This document shows positions 9,597 to 19,471 of a DNA stretch of 64,000 bases, piece after piece. The notes beneath the pieces are model-generated. The model made no database searches. It saw nothing but the letters and a program-made list of their open reading frames with translations, and had not been told where the DNA came from. Within the stretch, counting starts at the first letter, position 1, and every line of letters starts with the position of its first letter. The DNA comes from a virus (lineage: Duplodnaviria; Caudoviricetes), in the IMG/VR virus record IMGVR_UViG_3300005512_000003; one strand, written 5' to 3'. Both the position numbers and the translations under genes were made by a program.

Positions 9597-12500
9597 TGGC
9601 AATAGCAGCATTACTAGGATCTGGAATGAGAGCAGCGGGCGGAGCAATGGTCAAGTCTGGTGCGAAAGGATTGGCCAAAGGAATGATTGGTCGTAGAGGA
9701 AAGAAAGCGCAGCAGCAACAACAAAATGAAGTTCAACAGGTTGATGTCAAGGTAGTTGATAGCAAACCTCAAACTGGAAATCAAATATCCAGTATGAGTT
9801 CATTCCTGAGTCTTCCATCTGCGAAGAAGATAGGATCTAGTGGTGCAAAAGGAATATCTGGCGTTGAAGAAAAACTGAATCTCATCAAAAGTCTCTTTGC
9901 TGAAAGATTTGCTTATGCAAAAAGTAAGTCTCGTCAGGACGATATAGAAAAAGATCGTAAGAGAAAAGAGAAGAGAGAAAAAGAGTTAGAGAAAGAAGAG
10001 AACAAAGCAAAGAAAAAAGTAAAATCAAAGAATGCTCTTCCTAGAGTTGGGTTATTTGATAGCATTAGAAACTTTATTTTCTATACATTTTTAGCATTTT
10101 TAGAAAAGAAATTTAACTTCTCTCAGATGCTGGTAAAGGCATTACCAATCATTCTGAATGTTGGTAAGTTTATTATTGATATCAGTGGTAAGATACTAGA
10201 TGGTCTTGCTACTTTCATAGACTTTGGTTATGGTCTTGTAGATAAGACTAAAGAGTTTGTAAAATTTATTGGTGGTGATTTTGCTTTAAGTGCATTTGAA
10301 AAGGCGCTTGGTGCCATCAACCATGTCATGAATCTGTTATTCATTTATGCAATGGCACAAGGTGCTCTAGGTGGTGGATTTGGTGGAGGAAAGGGAAAGG
10401 GTGGATCTGCTGGAGCAAGACCTGGTACTGGTGGAAGACCAAAAGTTACTACAACTGGTGGTCGTGGTGCTGGAAGACCTGATATTAGAAATCCCCTGAG
10501 GGAACGTCCTAAGGTTACTACAACTGGTGGTGGTACTGCAGGAAGACCAGACATTAGAAATCCTATCAGAAATCGTCCAACAGTAACAACTGGTGCGGGT
10601 AAAGTTGCTGGAGAAGCAACTGAACAGATCACTAAGAAAACTGCAGGAAAAGCAGTTGGAAAGTTTATTCGTCCTTTTGTAAAAAGAATACCTGTATTTG
10701 GTGCTCTAGTTGATTTTGTTATTTCAGTTGCTTTGGGAGAAAGTCTTGGTAGAGCAGCAACAAGAGCAACTGGTGCTGGAATCGGTGGTGCAGCTGGAAC
10801 TGCCATTGCAGGATCACTAGGAACTATTCTTGGATCTGTTGTTCCGATCGTAGGTAACTTTCTTGGTGGCACTGCTGGTGCTATTGCTGGTGGAGCAATA
10901 GGGGGATGGATTGGAGATTGGATTGGGGGATTCTTATATGATAAGATTGCTGGAGTTAAACCAGTTCAAGCAAAATCAAAAGGTGGTGTTGTTCGTAAGT
11001 ATGAAGAAGGTGATTCTACAGCAGTTCAAGCAAAATCAAAAGGTGGTGTTGTTCGTAAGTATGAAGAAGGTGATTCTACAGCAGTTCAAGCAAAATCAAA
11101 AGGTGGAATAGTTCATCGATATGAAGAAGGTGGTTCTGTAGAGGAAGATGTTCAGAAGAAACTCCTGAAGAAAGATGATGTTAGAGTAAAAGAACCCAAG
11201 ATTGACACAGAAAAGGGTCGTGGATTATCTAGGGTAGGTGATTCCGCTGCTTTGAGTTTTGTTGAAAAGTCTGGTAAAGCATTCTCTAAAGTTCCCATCA
11301 TTGGACCAATATTAGCACTTGCTGCTGATAAACTGCTTGGCAATGAGACAGACCCTAATGCATTCCAAGCAATATCAAACTCCTTGACTAACTTCTCTAT
11401 GCTCAGTTCAGATGGAGAAACAAAATCTTCTGGTGATTATGAAAAATTCATTATGAAGTATAACTCTGGTGGAGAAGTAAAGGCATCTGGTCTTGGTCTG
11501 AATGATCCGATGGAAACTTCTAGATCTCTTGGAAGATTCTTGCAGACGAAGTTCAATGCCTTAACTCTTCCAGATGCTCAGAAATCAACAGGTGCTCAAG
11601 GTGAGGGAGAATATGACTCTGCTACTGGTGCCTATATGGGAGGTAGTGGCAAAGCTAGTGGAAGTGATAGAGGAACTGCAACTGGTAGTGGTTCTGGTGG
11701 TATTACTAGCGGCGGTGGTTTTGAAACTAGAGTAGCGAAGTTATTAGAAGACTATGAAGGATTAAGAACTGAAGCATATCCAGATCCAGCCACTAAGGCA
11801 AAACCATATACCATTGGTATTGGTGCTACCAGGTATCCTCCTGGTTTTAGATTAAGTGGTGAAGTAAAACTTGGCGATAGTATTACCAAAGAGGAAGCAT
11901 ATGAAATAAAGGCACATGATATTAAACGACATACAGATATTGCGATCAGTGAAGTTGGTAGTGATGTATGGAGTAAACTTCCAGATAATGTAAAAGCTGC
12001 ATTAGTATCCAAAGCATTTAACTATGGTTCTTTGCAAGAAACTTTAAGTGGTTTGGTTAAGACTGCAGCATCTAGTGGCAACTATCAACCAATAGCAGAT
12101 TATTTTAGAAATACTTTGGCTGCTCACAATGGTGGAATCAACAGTTGGAGAAGAAATGATGAGGCAGGTATCATTGAAGGTGGGATGAGTGCTAGAGCAG
12201 GTATTTCCTTCCCTAAATCTGCAGCAGAAGCTCAAATAGCATACGCACCTGAAAGTGCAAAAATAGGTCCTGGTGCTGATCCAGCAGCAGATGTTCAGAG
12301 AGGTGATCCATCACAAGCAGCTTCCAGACTCTTACAGGACTTCCCACAAATCAAATCAAGAGCAAACTCTCAACAGGTCTATGCTTCTGGTTTAGGATAT
12401 TATCTGAAGAAAAGTGGTGCAGGTGAAGGTGGCAAGGGAGACTTTGGAAATCCTCCTGGTGGTGATATGGAGCATCCAGATCACGGTGGAGTTGTTGCAT

Positions 12501-12961
12501 CACATAGGGGTCAAGGTCACTATAAGGGACAAGCACTTGACCTTGGAGGCAATAGTGCCACCTCTAGTGCATATCGAGATGACCAGAAACAACTCTGGCC
12601 ATTTGTTGTTAGGTTCTTGAAGAAATATGGACTTGATCAGGATCCAACTGTTCCACAAACTCTACATGGTCAGGGAGAAAGTTTCTCTCCTGTTGGTCCT
12701 GGAGGTGGTCCTGATGGTGGGCACAATGATCACCTTCACGTTGAGTTCCAAGGTGGTGGTCTGATTGGTAAGTCAACCAAACAGTATGGTGACATATCCA
12801 CTAAAGCATCCTATGAGAAAACTGGTTCTAAAGTTATGATTCAACCAGTTATCATTGAGAAGCAGGCACCTCAAGATAATTTCATGATGAACCCAATGGA
12901 CAAACTAACTTTTGCTGGTCGTGCAAGGGTAAATAATACAACTGCGTTTAGTAGAGGATAG
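9596..12961 (+). CDS. Tape-measure-like virion protein with a GH24 lysozyme domain and a C-terminal LAS/M15-like metallopeptidase motif
   Basis: EGLRTEAYPD...YTIGIG (E-x8-D lysozyme motif), AALVSKAFNYG, RRNDEA; later HYKGQALD...HNDHLHVEF. Confidence 0.7.
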   Translation: MAIAALLGSGMRAAGGAMVKSGAKGLAKGMIGRRGKKAQQQQQNEVQQVDVKVVDSKPQTGNQISSMSSFLSLPSAKKIGSSGAKGISGVEEKLNLIKSLFAERFAYAKSKSRQDDIEKDRKRKEKREKELEKEENKAKKKVKSKNALPRVGLFDSIRNFIFYTFLAFLEKKFNFSQMLVKALPIILNVGKFIIDISGKILDGLATFIDFGYGLVDKTKEFVKFIGGDFALSAFEKALGAINHVMNLLFIYAMAQGALGGGFGGGKGKGGSAGARPGTGGRPKVTTTGGRGAGRPDIRNPLRERPKVTTTGGGTAGRPDIRNPIRNRPTVTTGAGKVAGEATEQITKKTAGKAVGKFIRPFVKRIPVFGALVDFVISVALGESLGRAATRATGAGIGGAAGTAIAGSLGTILGSVVPIVGNFLGGTAGAIAGGAIGGWIGDWIGGFLYDKIAGVKPVQAKSKGGVVRKYEEGDSTAVQAKSKGGVVRKYEEGDSTAVQAKSKGGIVHRYEEGGSVEEDVQKKLLKKDDVRVKEPKIDTEKGRGLSRVGDSAALSFVEKSGKAFSKVPIIGPILALAADKLLGNETDPNAFQAISNSLTNFSMLSSDGETKSSGDYEKFIMKYNSGGEVKASGLGLNDPMETSRSLGRFLQTKFNALTLPDAQKSTGAQGEGEYDSATGAYMGGSGKASGSDRGTATGSGSGGITSGGGFETRVAKLLEDYEGLRTEAYPDPATKAKPYTIGIGATRYPPGFRLSGEVKLGDSITKEEAYEIKAHDIKRHTDIAISEVGSDVWSKLPDNVKAALVSKAFNYGSLQETLSGLVKTAASSGNYQPIADYFRNTLAAHNGGINSWRRNDEAGIIEGGMSARAGISFPKSAAEAQIAYAPESAKIGPGADPAADVQRGDPSQAASRLLQDFPQIKSRANSQQVYASGLGYYLKKSGAGEGGKGDFGNPPGGDMEHPDHGGVVASHRGQGHYKGQALDLGGNSATSSAYRDDQKQLWPFVVRFLKKYGLDQDPTVPQTLHGQGESFSPVGPGGGPDGGHNDHLHVEFQGGGLIGKSTKQYGDISTKASYEKTGSKVMIQPVIIEKQAPQDNFMMNPMDKLTFAGRARVNNTTAFSRG
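10962..11106 (+). repeat. Perfect 60-bp tandem repeat (about 2.4 copies), in frame
   Basis: CAGTTCAAGCAAAATCAAAAGGTGG... recurs with period 60 and encodes VQAKSKGGVVRKYEEGDSTA. Confidence 0.95.
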
Positions 12962-12963
12962 GG

Positions 12964-14310
12964 ATGGCGCATACTCAGGACAATCTTGGACCTAGTAAAG
13001 CGGGTCAACCTGGTAATATAGAAAAGTTTATTGTCACTTCTGATTATACAGATGACCTGGACATTTCTATGGGTATTGTTGAGTTGCATTATTATGAGTC
13101 AGTGCTAGAAAACACTGTCCGTATCACTGCACAAGTTGTTGACTCAAGTCTTAGAAAGGCATCAACTCAAGGGAAAACTGGTTATGAAGGTTCAACCGAG
13201 AATGACGAAAATAAAGAGGCACCTGGAGACGACGCTACTATAATCTCTGGTGGAGAGAAGGTTGTTGTATCCTTCAGTGACAATCAAGGCGGGAATGTTG
13301 CACTAGAAAATCTTAGAGTTCAAGCAACTAGAAATCAGATTGATAATAGTAAAGCAAGTGTTTATGTTCTTGATGTTTATTCCGATGAAGCACTCCGAAA
13401 TAGTTTTGAGGCAACTCGGTTAGTAAAAAGATATCAGGGAAAGATAAGTGATAGTGTTAGAGAGATATTAGAACAAAATCTTCAAACTAAAAACTTCCTT
13501 GATATTGATCAAACTCTGAATGAACTTACATTCAATGGGGACACTCATAAACCTTTTTATAAAGTAGTAACACTTGCAAAGAAATCAGTCCCTGAAGGAT
13601 CTTCACTTGGAGGAACTGCTGGATACTTTTTCTTTGAAACTGCAGGAGATGGTGAAAAAACTTATAAGTTCAAAGGTGTAGATAACCTTATGAAAGCAGC
13701 ACCAGCTGCTACATTGATAGCAGGAGATACTCCTAAGGCAACGATTAAACAATATGAGTTTATCAGCAATACAAATGTTGATGAGAAGGTTCAAAATGGT
13801 GCATTCACAAGCAGTCAGATGAGAACCATGAATCTTTCTAATGAGGAATATGAATCTGATGATAATAGTAGTGGAAGTGTTGAGTCAGCAAGTGAAATGG
13901 GCGGAACGGAGCATCCAAAGATAGCAAAAGATTTAGATCTTCCAAATCAAGTTACGAGAATAAGTTCAGTCACTCCTGACTATGGTGTTTTGCCAAAGGG
14001 ATATGACATAGAAGAGCAGTTAGAAAGATCAAAGGAAATTGATTTTGATATTACTCAGATTGAGCGTCAGGCAACTCAAAGATATAATCAACTCTTTACA
14101 TATAAACTAAATGTGACTATTTTGGGTAACTTCAATCTCCGTGCTGGTATGACAGTTGAGGTAGATTTTCCTCAAGGAGAATGGAAAACTGATGCTAGTA
14201 ATAGTAATCTAAAGGGTGGAAAATATTTGATCGTTGATCTTTGTCATATGCTGACAACAGAAGTCACGTATACCAAACTGAACCTTGTCAGAGAATCCGT
14301 CTTTAAGTAG
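12964..14310 (+). CDS. Baseplate hub / tail protein (gp27- or GPD-like)
   Basis: LHYYESVL, GYFFFET, FKGVDNL, GNFNLRAGMTV, GGKYLIVDLCH, TKLNLVRES. Confidence 0.7.
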   Translation: MAHTQDNLGPSKAGQPGNIEKFIVTSDYTDDLDISMGIVELHYYESVLENTVRITAQVVDSSLRKASTQGKTGYEGSTENDENKEAPGDDATIISGGEKVVVSFSDNQGGNVALENLRVQATRNQIDNSKASVYVLDVYSDEALRNSFEATRLVKRYQGKISDSVREILEQNLQTKNFLDIDQTLNELTFNGDTHKPFYKVVTLAKKSVPEGSSLGGTAGYFFFETAGDGEKTYKFKGVDNLMKAAPAATLIAGDTPKATIKQYEFISNTNVDEKVQNGAFTSSQMRTMNLSNEEYESDDNSSGSVESASEMGGTEHPKIAKDLDLPNQVTRISSVTPDYGVLPKGYDIEEQLERSKEIDFDITQIERQATQRYNQLFTYKLNVTILGNFNLRAGMTVEVDFPQGEWKTDASNSNLKGGKYLIVDLCHMLTTEVTYTKLNLVRESVFK

Positions 14311-14364
14311 AATAAATATGGTATAGTTGATATACTGCAAATCTAGTAAACTCAATAAACTCAC

Positions 14365-14580
14365 ATGAAAAAATCTATCGAGGATCATATCGCAAAGGAT
14401 AAAGACATCCTTCAAGATCCAACTATTTCCCCACAGCAACGCCGACATATTGAATCGGAACTTCATGATTTAGAGGAATATCACGAAAATCATCCTGAAG
14501 ATCATCATGATCCAACTGCATTTGAAATGTATTGTGATGCAAATCCCGAAGCAGACGAGTGTAGAATCTACGAGGATTGA
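14365..14580 (+). CDS. cp12: CP12 Calvin-cycle inhibitor (auxiliary metabolic gene)
   Basis: C-terminal FEMYCDANPEADECRIYED with the CP12 cysteine pair. Confidence 0.95.
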   Translation: MKKSIEDHIAKDKDILQDPTISPQQRRHIESELHDLEEYHENHPEDHHDPTAFEMYCDANPEADECRIYED

Positions 14581-17222
14581 TGGAAAGTAACTTTAACAGT
14601 GGTGTTTTTGGCGACAAAATGTCGTTTTGGCAAGGCAGGGTTGCCGATGATTCTGCCTGGCAAACTAACACTGTTGATACAAACAGATCCGATCCAGAAA
14701 AACCTGGATGGGGTCAGAGAGTAAAGGTAAGAATATTCGGTAGAGATCCTGCAGACAAAGAGGTTCTGCCTGATCAACATCTTAAGATGGCAACTATCCT
14801 GAACGCTCCTAATGCGGGTAGTGGTGCTGGTGGTGCTGTGATGTCTCACCAGATTAAACAAGGTGATCTTGTCTTTGGTTTTTATACTGATGGAGCAGAG
14901 CAACAGCAACCAGTTATTTTTGGAGTTCTTGCTCATAGTTCTCAGACTCAACTACAAGCTGGAGATCCAGAAGAAGGGTTCACCGCACGGAGTGATTACA
15001 AAGGAGTTGCTGGTGACAAGACGGTTGCTAGAAAAGATCAGGTTAGTGGAACAGGTCAACCAAGAGAACAAAACGATGATCCAAACCAAACGGGAGCATC
15101 AAATGACGATGAGGCTTTAGATAAGGCAAAGAAAACTCCAGTAAAAAGTAAATGTGATAAAGATAATAGTGATACTAAAGTTATCCAAATTATAATGGAT
15201 AACTTGATGTTGATGACATCATATGCAAAAGCGGCACAAAAGAACTCACAAAATAATCAAGGATATTCTTTAGCATCTGCTCCAGATTTTTTAAGTTTTG
15301 AAACTATTAAGTCGGCAAAACTCATTGCTGGTATCATAAAAGATATGTTAGCAAAAGCGAGAGGCACTGCTATCTCGGAGTTGAATGCTCAGCTAGAAAA
15401 AGCAACTCCTATATTATTTCCAAATCAAAGAGAGGATTTAAAAAAAGCAACAGAAAAAGGCACTGATGCTATTGCTTGTGCATTTAATAAGATTATCGCA
15501 GGTCTTTTTGACTTAATACAAGGTCTACTATCAGATCTTGTCAATCAATATGTTATTGCACCCATTTGTGCAGTGGAAGACTTTTTAGCATCTATCATTG
15601 ATAATATTGTTGGACAAATATCCGATGCATTAGAAAGTGTTTTTGATAGTCTTGCAGGTTTATTTGGAGGATTTTCTGCCTTTGGTGGTGCATTAGATGC
15701 TGTCTCTAGTGCTTTTGATATTATTGCAGCGATTGTTCAGTTCTTTACTTGTGATGAAGAAGAAAAATGTCCTGGATATGATGGATGGACTATTGGTTCT
15801 GGAACAGTATCTGGTGGTGGATTCTCTGATGGTCTCGGTAAAAAGTTAAAAGGTATGGTTGGTGAGGGTGGACCTCTTGGAGATTGTCCTGTCCTCCCAA
15901 TTCCATGTGGTCCACCGTCTGTTAGTTTCTCTGGCGGCGGTGGATCTGGTGCTCAAGGTAATGCTGTTGTAAACACAGCTGGCGCAATCTTAGGTATTGA
16001 TATCACAAATCCTGGAAGTGGATATAATAGTCCACCAACTGTTTCTATTAGTGATGGTTGTGGAACTGGCGCAGGAGCTGTTGCAAAGGCAGTTATTGGT
16101 CCTCTTGATGGTCTCATTGATCCAAATGCAGATGGGACTGGTTCTTCAGTCACTGCTGGAGCAGCAGGTTATACTCCACCTCAAGGGGTAACTCAAGTTC
16201 AAATGCAAGACTTTGGATTTAACTATTTGCAAACTCCTAATGGTTCTTTCGGTGGAGCGGGAGTTGAAGTCTTAAATCCAGGAGACGCTATGTATATAAC
16301 ACCACCCATTCCTGGTGGTGGTGGCGGTAGCAATGATGTTCCTGGTGGTGGCACTGGTACTGATGTTCTTGGCGGTGCTGCTGGAGGAGCTGGTACTGGT
16401 GGCAGCGGTGGTTATACTGGACTTGGTGCTGATGGTGGAGGATCTATTGAATATTATGATTCAGGAGAAACATTCCCTGTCCAAGAAGGTGGTCAAATTG
16501 GACTTGGTGTTGGAGTAGAAGGATCAGTATATGATGAAAATGGTGAGTTAGTTCAAACCTTTATTGGAGAAGGTTTCTCAAATCCAGTTGAGGTTGAGTT
16601 CAATCTCGGTGGCGGTCCTGATTATGACCTTTATGAATATACTGGAGAGGGTGAGGCAGGTGATCCGAACGCAGGTAAGTCTCCAAATATAGATTCAAAT
16701 AACTGGATACAGATTTCAGATGATTTTGAAGATTCCAATATACCCAAGTGGAATCCAAAAGTAACTTACTATCCTGGTTCTGTAGTTAAGTATAATGGTA
16801 GTCCATCTACTGGGTACTTTACAGTTCCTGGCGCTTTAGATCCAGAAACAACTACTGTGATTGACTCTTCATCAGAGTTAACAAGTGGTAATAAATATGC
16901 CGTAGTGCTATCTCTGCAGGATGTTCTGATTATTGATCCTGGATATGAATATGATAAGGATGATAATATCTTTATCACTCCAAGTAACGGTGCAAAACTT
17001 TCTGTTGAGTATGACAAGTTTGGAAAGGTCACCAAAGTGAATATTTTGAATCCTGGACTAGGATTTACAGATATACCAGAAATAGGTATAATATCTAATA
17101 CTGGTTATAATGCTAGGTTCCGCCCAGTCTTTTCTATTAGGAGACTTTCTGATGAAGACTTTGAAACTCTTCCAGCAGGAACTGATATTATTAGTGTTGT
17201 AGATTGTGTAGGTAAGTTCTAA
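14577..17222 (+). CDS. gp5: Baseplate hub subunit gp5-like (N-terminal OB fold; no lysozyme domain seen)
   Basis: FWQGRV...RVKVRIFG...GDLVFGFYTDG..QQPVIFG; Gly-rich repeats; ends ISVVDCVGK. Confidence 0.8.
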   Translation: MMESNFNSGVFGDKMSFWQGRVADDSAWQTNTVDTNRSDPEKPGWGQRVKVRIFGRDPADKEVLPDQHLKMATILNAPNAGSGAGGAVMSHQIKQGDLVFGFYTDGAEQQQPVIFGVLAHSSQTQLQAGDPEEGFTARSDYKGVAGDKTVARKDQVSGTGQPREQNDDPNQTGASNDDEALDKAKKTPVKSKCDKDNSDTKVIQIIMDNLMLMTSYAKAAQKNSQNNQGYSLASAPDFLSFETIKSAKLIAGIIKDMLAKARGTAISELNAQLEKATPILFPNQREDLKKATEKGTDAIACAFNKIIAGLFDLIQGLLSDLVNQYVIAPICAVEDFLASIIDNIVGQISDALESVFDSLAGLFGGFSAFGGALDAVSSAFDIIAAIVQFFTCDEEEKCPGYDGWTIGSGTVSGGGFSDGLGKKLKGMVGEGGPLGDCPVLPIPCGPPSVSFSGGGGSGAQGNAVVNTAGAILGIDITNPGSGYNSPPTVSISDGCGTGAGAVAKAVIGPLDGLIDPNADGTGSSVTAGAAGYTPPQGVTQVQMQDFGFNYLQTPNGSFGGAGVEVLNPGDAMYITPPIPGGGGGSNDVPGGGTGTDVLGGAAGGAGTGGSGGYTGLGADGGGSIEYYDSGETFPVQEGGQIGLGVGVEGSVYDENGELVQTFIGEGFSNPVEVEFNLGGGPDYDLYEYTGEGEAGDPNAGKSPNIDSNNWIQISDDFEDSNIPKWNPKVTYYPGSVVKYNGSPSTGYFTVPGALDPETTTVIDSSSELTSGNKYAVVLSLQDVLIIDPGYEYDKDDNIFITPSNGAKLSVEYDKFGKVTKVNILNPGLGFTDIPEIGIISNTGYNARFRPVFSIRRLSDEDFETLPAGTDIISVVDCVGKF

Positions 17223-17866
17223 TGGCAGGCAACGAAGAAAAGAAGTCTTACCAGACTACAGAGTATGGTAATACTCACGGTGGCATTAAGATGGGACACC
17301 TTCATAGTCCCAATGCCAACAAACCAGGATCTGATGTTCAATCAGCATTTATGTTGAGAGGATCTGATCCTTTACATTATATCACTCTGGACAAATCTGG
17401 AAAACGAGAGGGTTGGACAACAGTTCGTGCTCCAGATGTCTTTCAAATAAAATGTGGTGATAAAACTGATGAGGACACTCCTGCTATTATGATTGAAGCA
17501 ATCAATGGAGACATTGTTTTAAAGGCTTCTAATGGTAGTATCAGACTTCAAGGACTTGATGTTGACATTCAAGCAATCGGTGAAGACAACAAAAGAGGTA
17601 ACATAGATCTTAAGGCGAATGAAGCAGTCACTGTTGATTCAAAAATAGTAAATCTTGGTTCAAAAAGAACCACTGCTATGAAAATATTATCCACTGGTAT
17701 TGGAGAAATGACTTTTAAAACATCACTAACAATGTATTCTGGTATTGGAAAGTGTATTAGTTCCTCTGTAGGAGAGGGTGGAAAAGACTCTAAACTTGGA
17801 GGAAAAGATTTCCTTGACAGTGCAGTGAAAGAAGGCACATCATCTATCTTTGGAGGAATATTCTAA
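17222..17866 (+). CDS. Structural protein, gp5 C-terminal beta-helix/spike-like
   Basis: Repeated beta strands (IEAINGDIVLKASNGSIRLQGLDVDIQA); coupled to gp5. Confidence 0.5.
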   Translation: MAGNEEKKSYQTTEYGNTHGGIKMGHLHSPNANKPGSDVQSAFMLRGSDPLHYITLDKSGKREGWTTVRAPDVFQIKCGDKTDEDTPAIMIEAINGDIVLKASNGSIRLQGLDVDIQAIGEDNKRGNIDLKANEAVTVDSKIVNLGSKRTTAMKILSTGIGEMTFKTSLTMYSGIGKCISSSVGEGGKDSKLGGKDFLDSAVKEGTSSIFGGIF

Positions 17867-18654
17867 TGGCAATGGAATTTGACGATCTTGCGGTAGGCAA
17901 GAGACTTTTTGTTGGAGATGGATCACCCGTTGCATTGGGTCTTGGTCCCACAGAAATTCGTGGTTCTGGTTTTGTTGAAGGACCACTAATCGTTGGAGAT
18001 CCAGGTAGGGTTCCTATTCCTGCAGCAAACTTAATGGTTACTCAGTGTGAAAACCCTGACTCACCTACTCCCATCATTCCTGGCGCAATCTGTGGGTTTA
18101 ATCATAGTCCATATTCTATGGTGGTTGATGGAGACGCTGCAATCTTCCAAAACTTGACCTTAAATGGACAAGTAGAAGTGGGAACTCATGTTCTTGCTCA
18201 GGGTGAAGTTATCTCTAGATTTGGTGGAGGATTCCATATCCTCTCTATGAAGAAAAACTTTGATATTCCTCACCCATCAAAAGAAGGATGGCGTTTGAGA
18301 CACACTTGTCCTGAAGGACCATACAATGATGTCTACATTCGTGGAAGAATTTCAGGTAAAAGAGAGATTGAACTCCCAGATTACTGGAAAGACTTTGTAG
18401 ACATTTCTTCTATCACTGTTAACTTAACTCCGATTGGTGCTCATCAACATGTGATCATCAAGAGGATTGATGAGGAGAAAGTTTACTTACAATCACAGGG
18501 TAACATGCCCATTGATTGTTTCTATCACATCTATGCAGAAAGAAAAGATGGTGATAGACTTATCCCAGAGTATCGTGGTGAAACCCCACAAGATTATCCA
18601 GGTGACAACTCACAATATTCAGTTGTTGGTTGGAACTATGACGTTCGTGAATGA
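17866..18654 (+). CDS. Baseplate-associated protein, paralog 1 (FDIPHP/EGP domain)
   Basis: KNFDIPHPSKEGWRLRHTCPEGP...IELPDYW...ITVNLTPIG. Confidence 0.7.
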   Translation: MAMEFDDLAVGKRLFVGDGSPVALGLGPTEIRGSGFVEGPLIVGDPGRVPIPAANLMVTQCENPDSPTPIIPGAICGFNHSPYSMVVDGDAAIFQNLTLNGQVEVGTHVLAQGEVISRFGGGFHILSMKKNFDIPHPSKEGWRLRHTCPEGPYNDVYIRGRISGKREIELPDYWKDFVDISSITVNLTPIGAHQHVIIKRIDEEKVYLQSQGNMPIDCFYHIYAERKDGDRLIPEYRGETPQDYPGDNSQYSVVGWNYDVRE

Positions 18655-18667
18655 GGAGGTAAAGTAA

Positions 18668-19471
18668 GTGCCAGAAGAATCAGCAAAAAAGGGTGCAGAT
18701 AAAGAGTCAGCACCATCAGGATCTGGAAATGGTCCCGAACAGGGATTTGAACCCAGAACTAAAGGCAAAAAAGATTGTGCTGAACCAGTAATCGTAGGTA
18801 AACCCAGCACCCGTTATGATTATGTTCCAAAGCATCACAACGAAGATAATGACTTTGATGCTGATCTCAAAGAACTGCTAGGAGAAGAGTGTGAGCCTTG
18901 GTATTATTATAATATGAAAGTCGGTGATCTCTGGGTAGATCAAAACATTCTTGCCAACGGAAATATTCAAGCTATTGGTAATGTTTCCAGCAATGGTGGC
19001 GTACATGTTCTTGCCGCCAAGAAGAATCTTCCTTTTGATATTGATCATCCAACCAAACCTGGATGGAGATTGCGTCATGTGTGCTTAGAAGGACCAGAGA
19101 TTGGTGTCTATCTGCATGGAAAGAATAAAGGTAAGGTGATTGAACTTCCAGATTACTGGAGAGGTCTTGTCAGGGAAGAAACCATCAGTGTTCACCTGAC
19201 TCCCATTGGTCAACCATATGTTCTTTTCATTGAGAAGATTGAGGACAACAAAGTGTATGTTGAAACTAACTGGGAAACCTCAGGTAGAGACATTGAGTAT
19301 AACTATGTGATTCATGCGTCAAGAGTTGATGATGATTTGATTGTTGAGTATGAAGGAGAGTCTCATCTTGATTATCCTGGTGGTAATGAGGGTTATACCT
19401 TTAACTATGAGCATAACTATGTTGAGAATCTGATTAAAGAAACTATCAGAGAAGAGATGAGAGGTAACTAA
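18668..19471 (+). CDS. Baseplate-associated protein, paralog 2
   Basis: PFDIDHPTKPGWRLRHVCLEGPE...IELPDYW; GAGGAGG RBS before a GTG start. Confidence 0.7.
   Translation: MPEESAKKGADKESAPSGSGNGPEQGFEPRTKGKKDCAEPVIVGKPSTRYDYVPKHHNEDNDFDADLKELLGEECEPWYYYNMKVGDLWVDQNILANGNIQAIGNVSSNGGVHVLAAKKNLPFDIDHPTKPGWRLRHVCLEGPEIGVYLHGKNKGKVIELPDYWRGLVREETISVHLTPIGQPYVLFIEKIEDNKVYVETNWETSGRDIEYNYVIHASRVDDDLIVEYEGESHLDYPGGNEGYTFNYEHNYVENLIKETIREEMRGN

Noticed and set aside
10962-11106. CRISPR-like array
   Set aside because: Contiguous in-frame coding repeat with no spacers and no cas genes.
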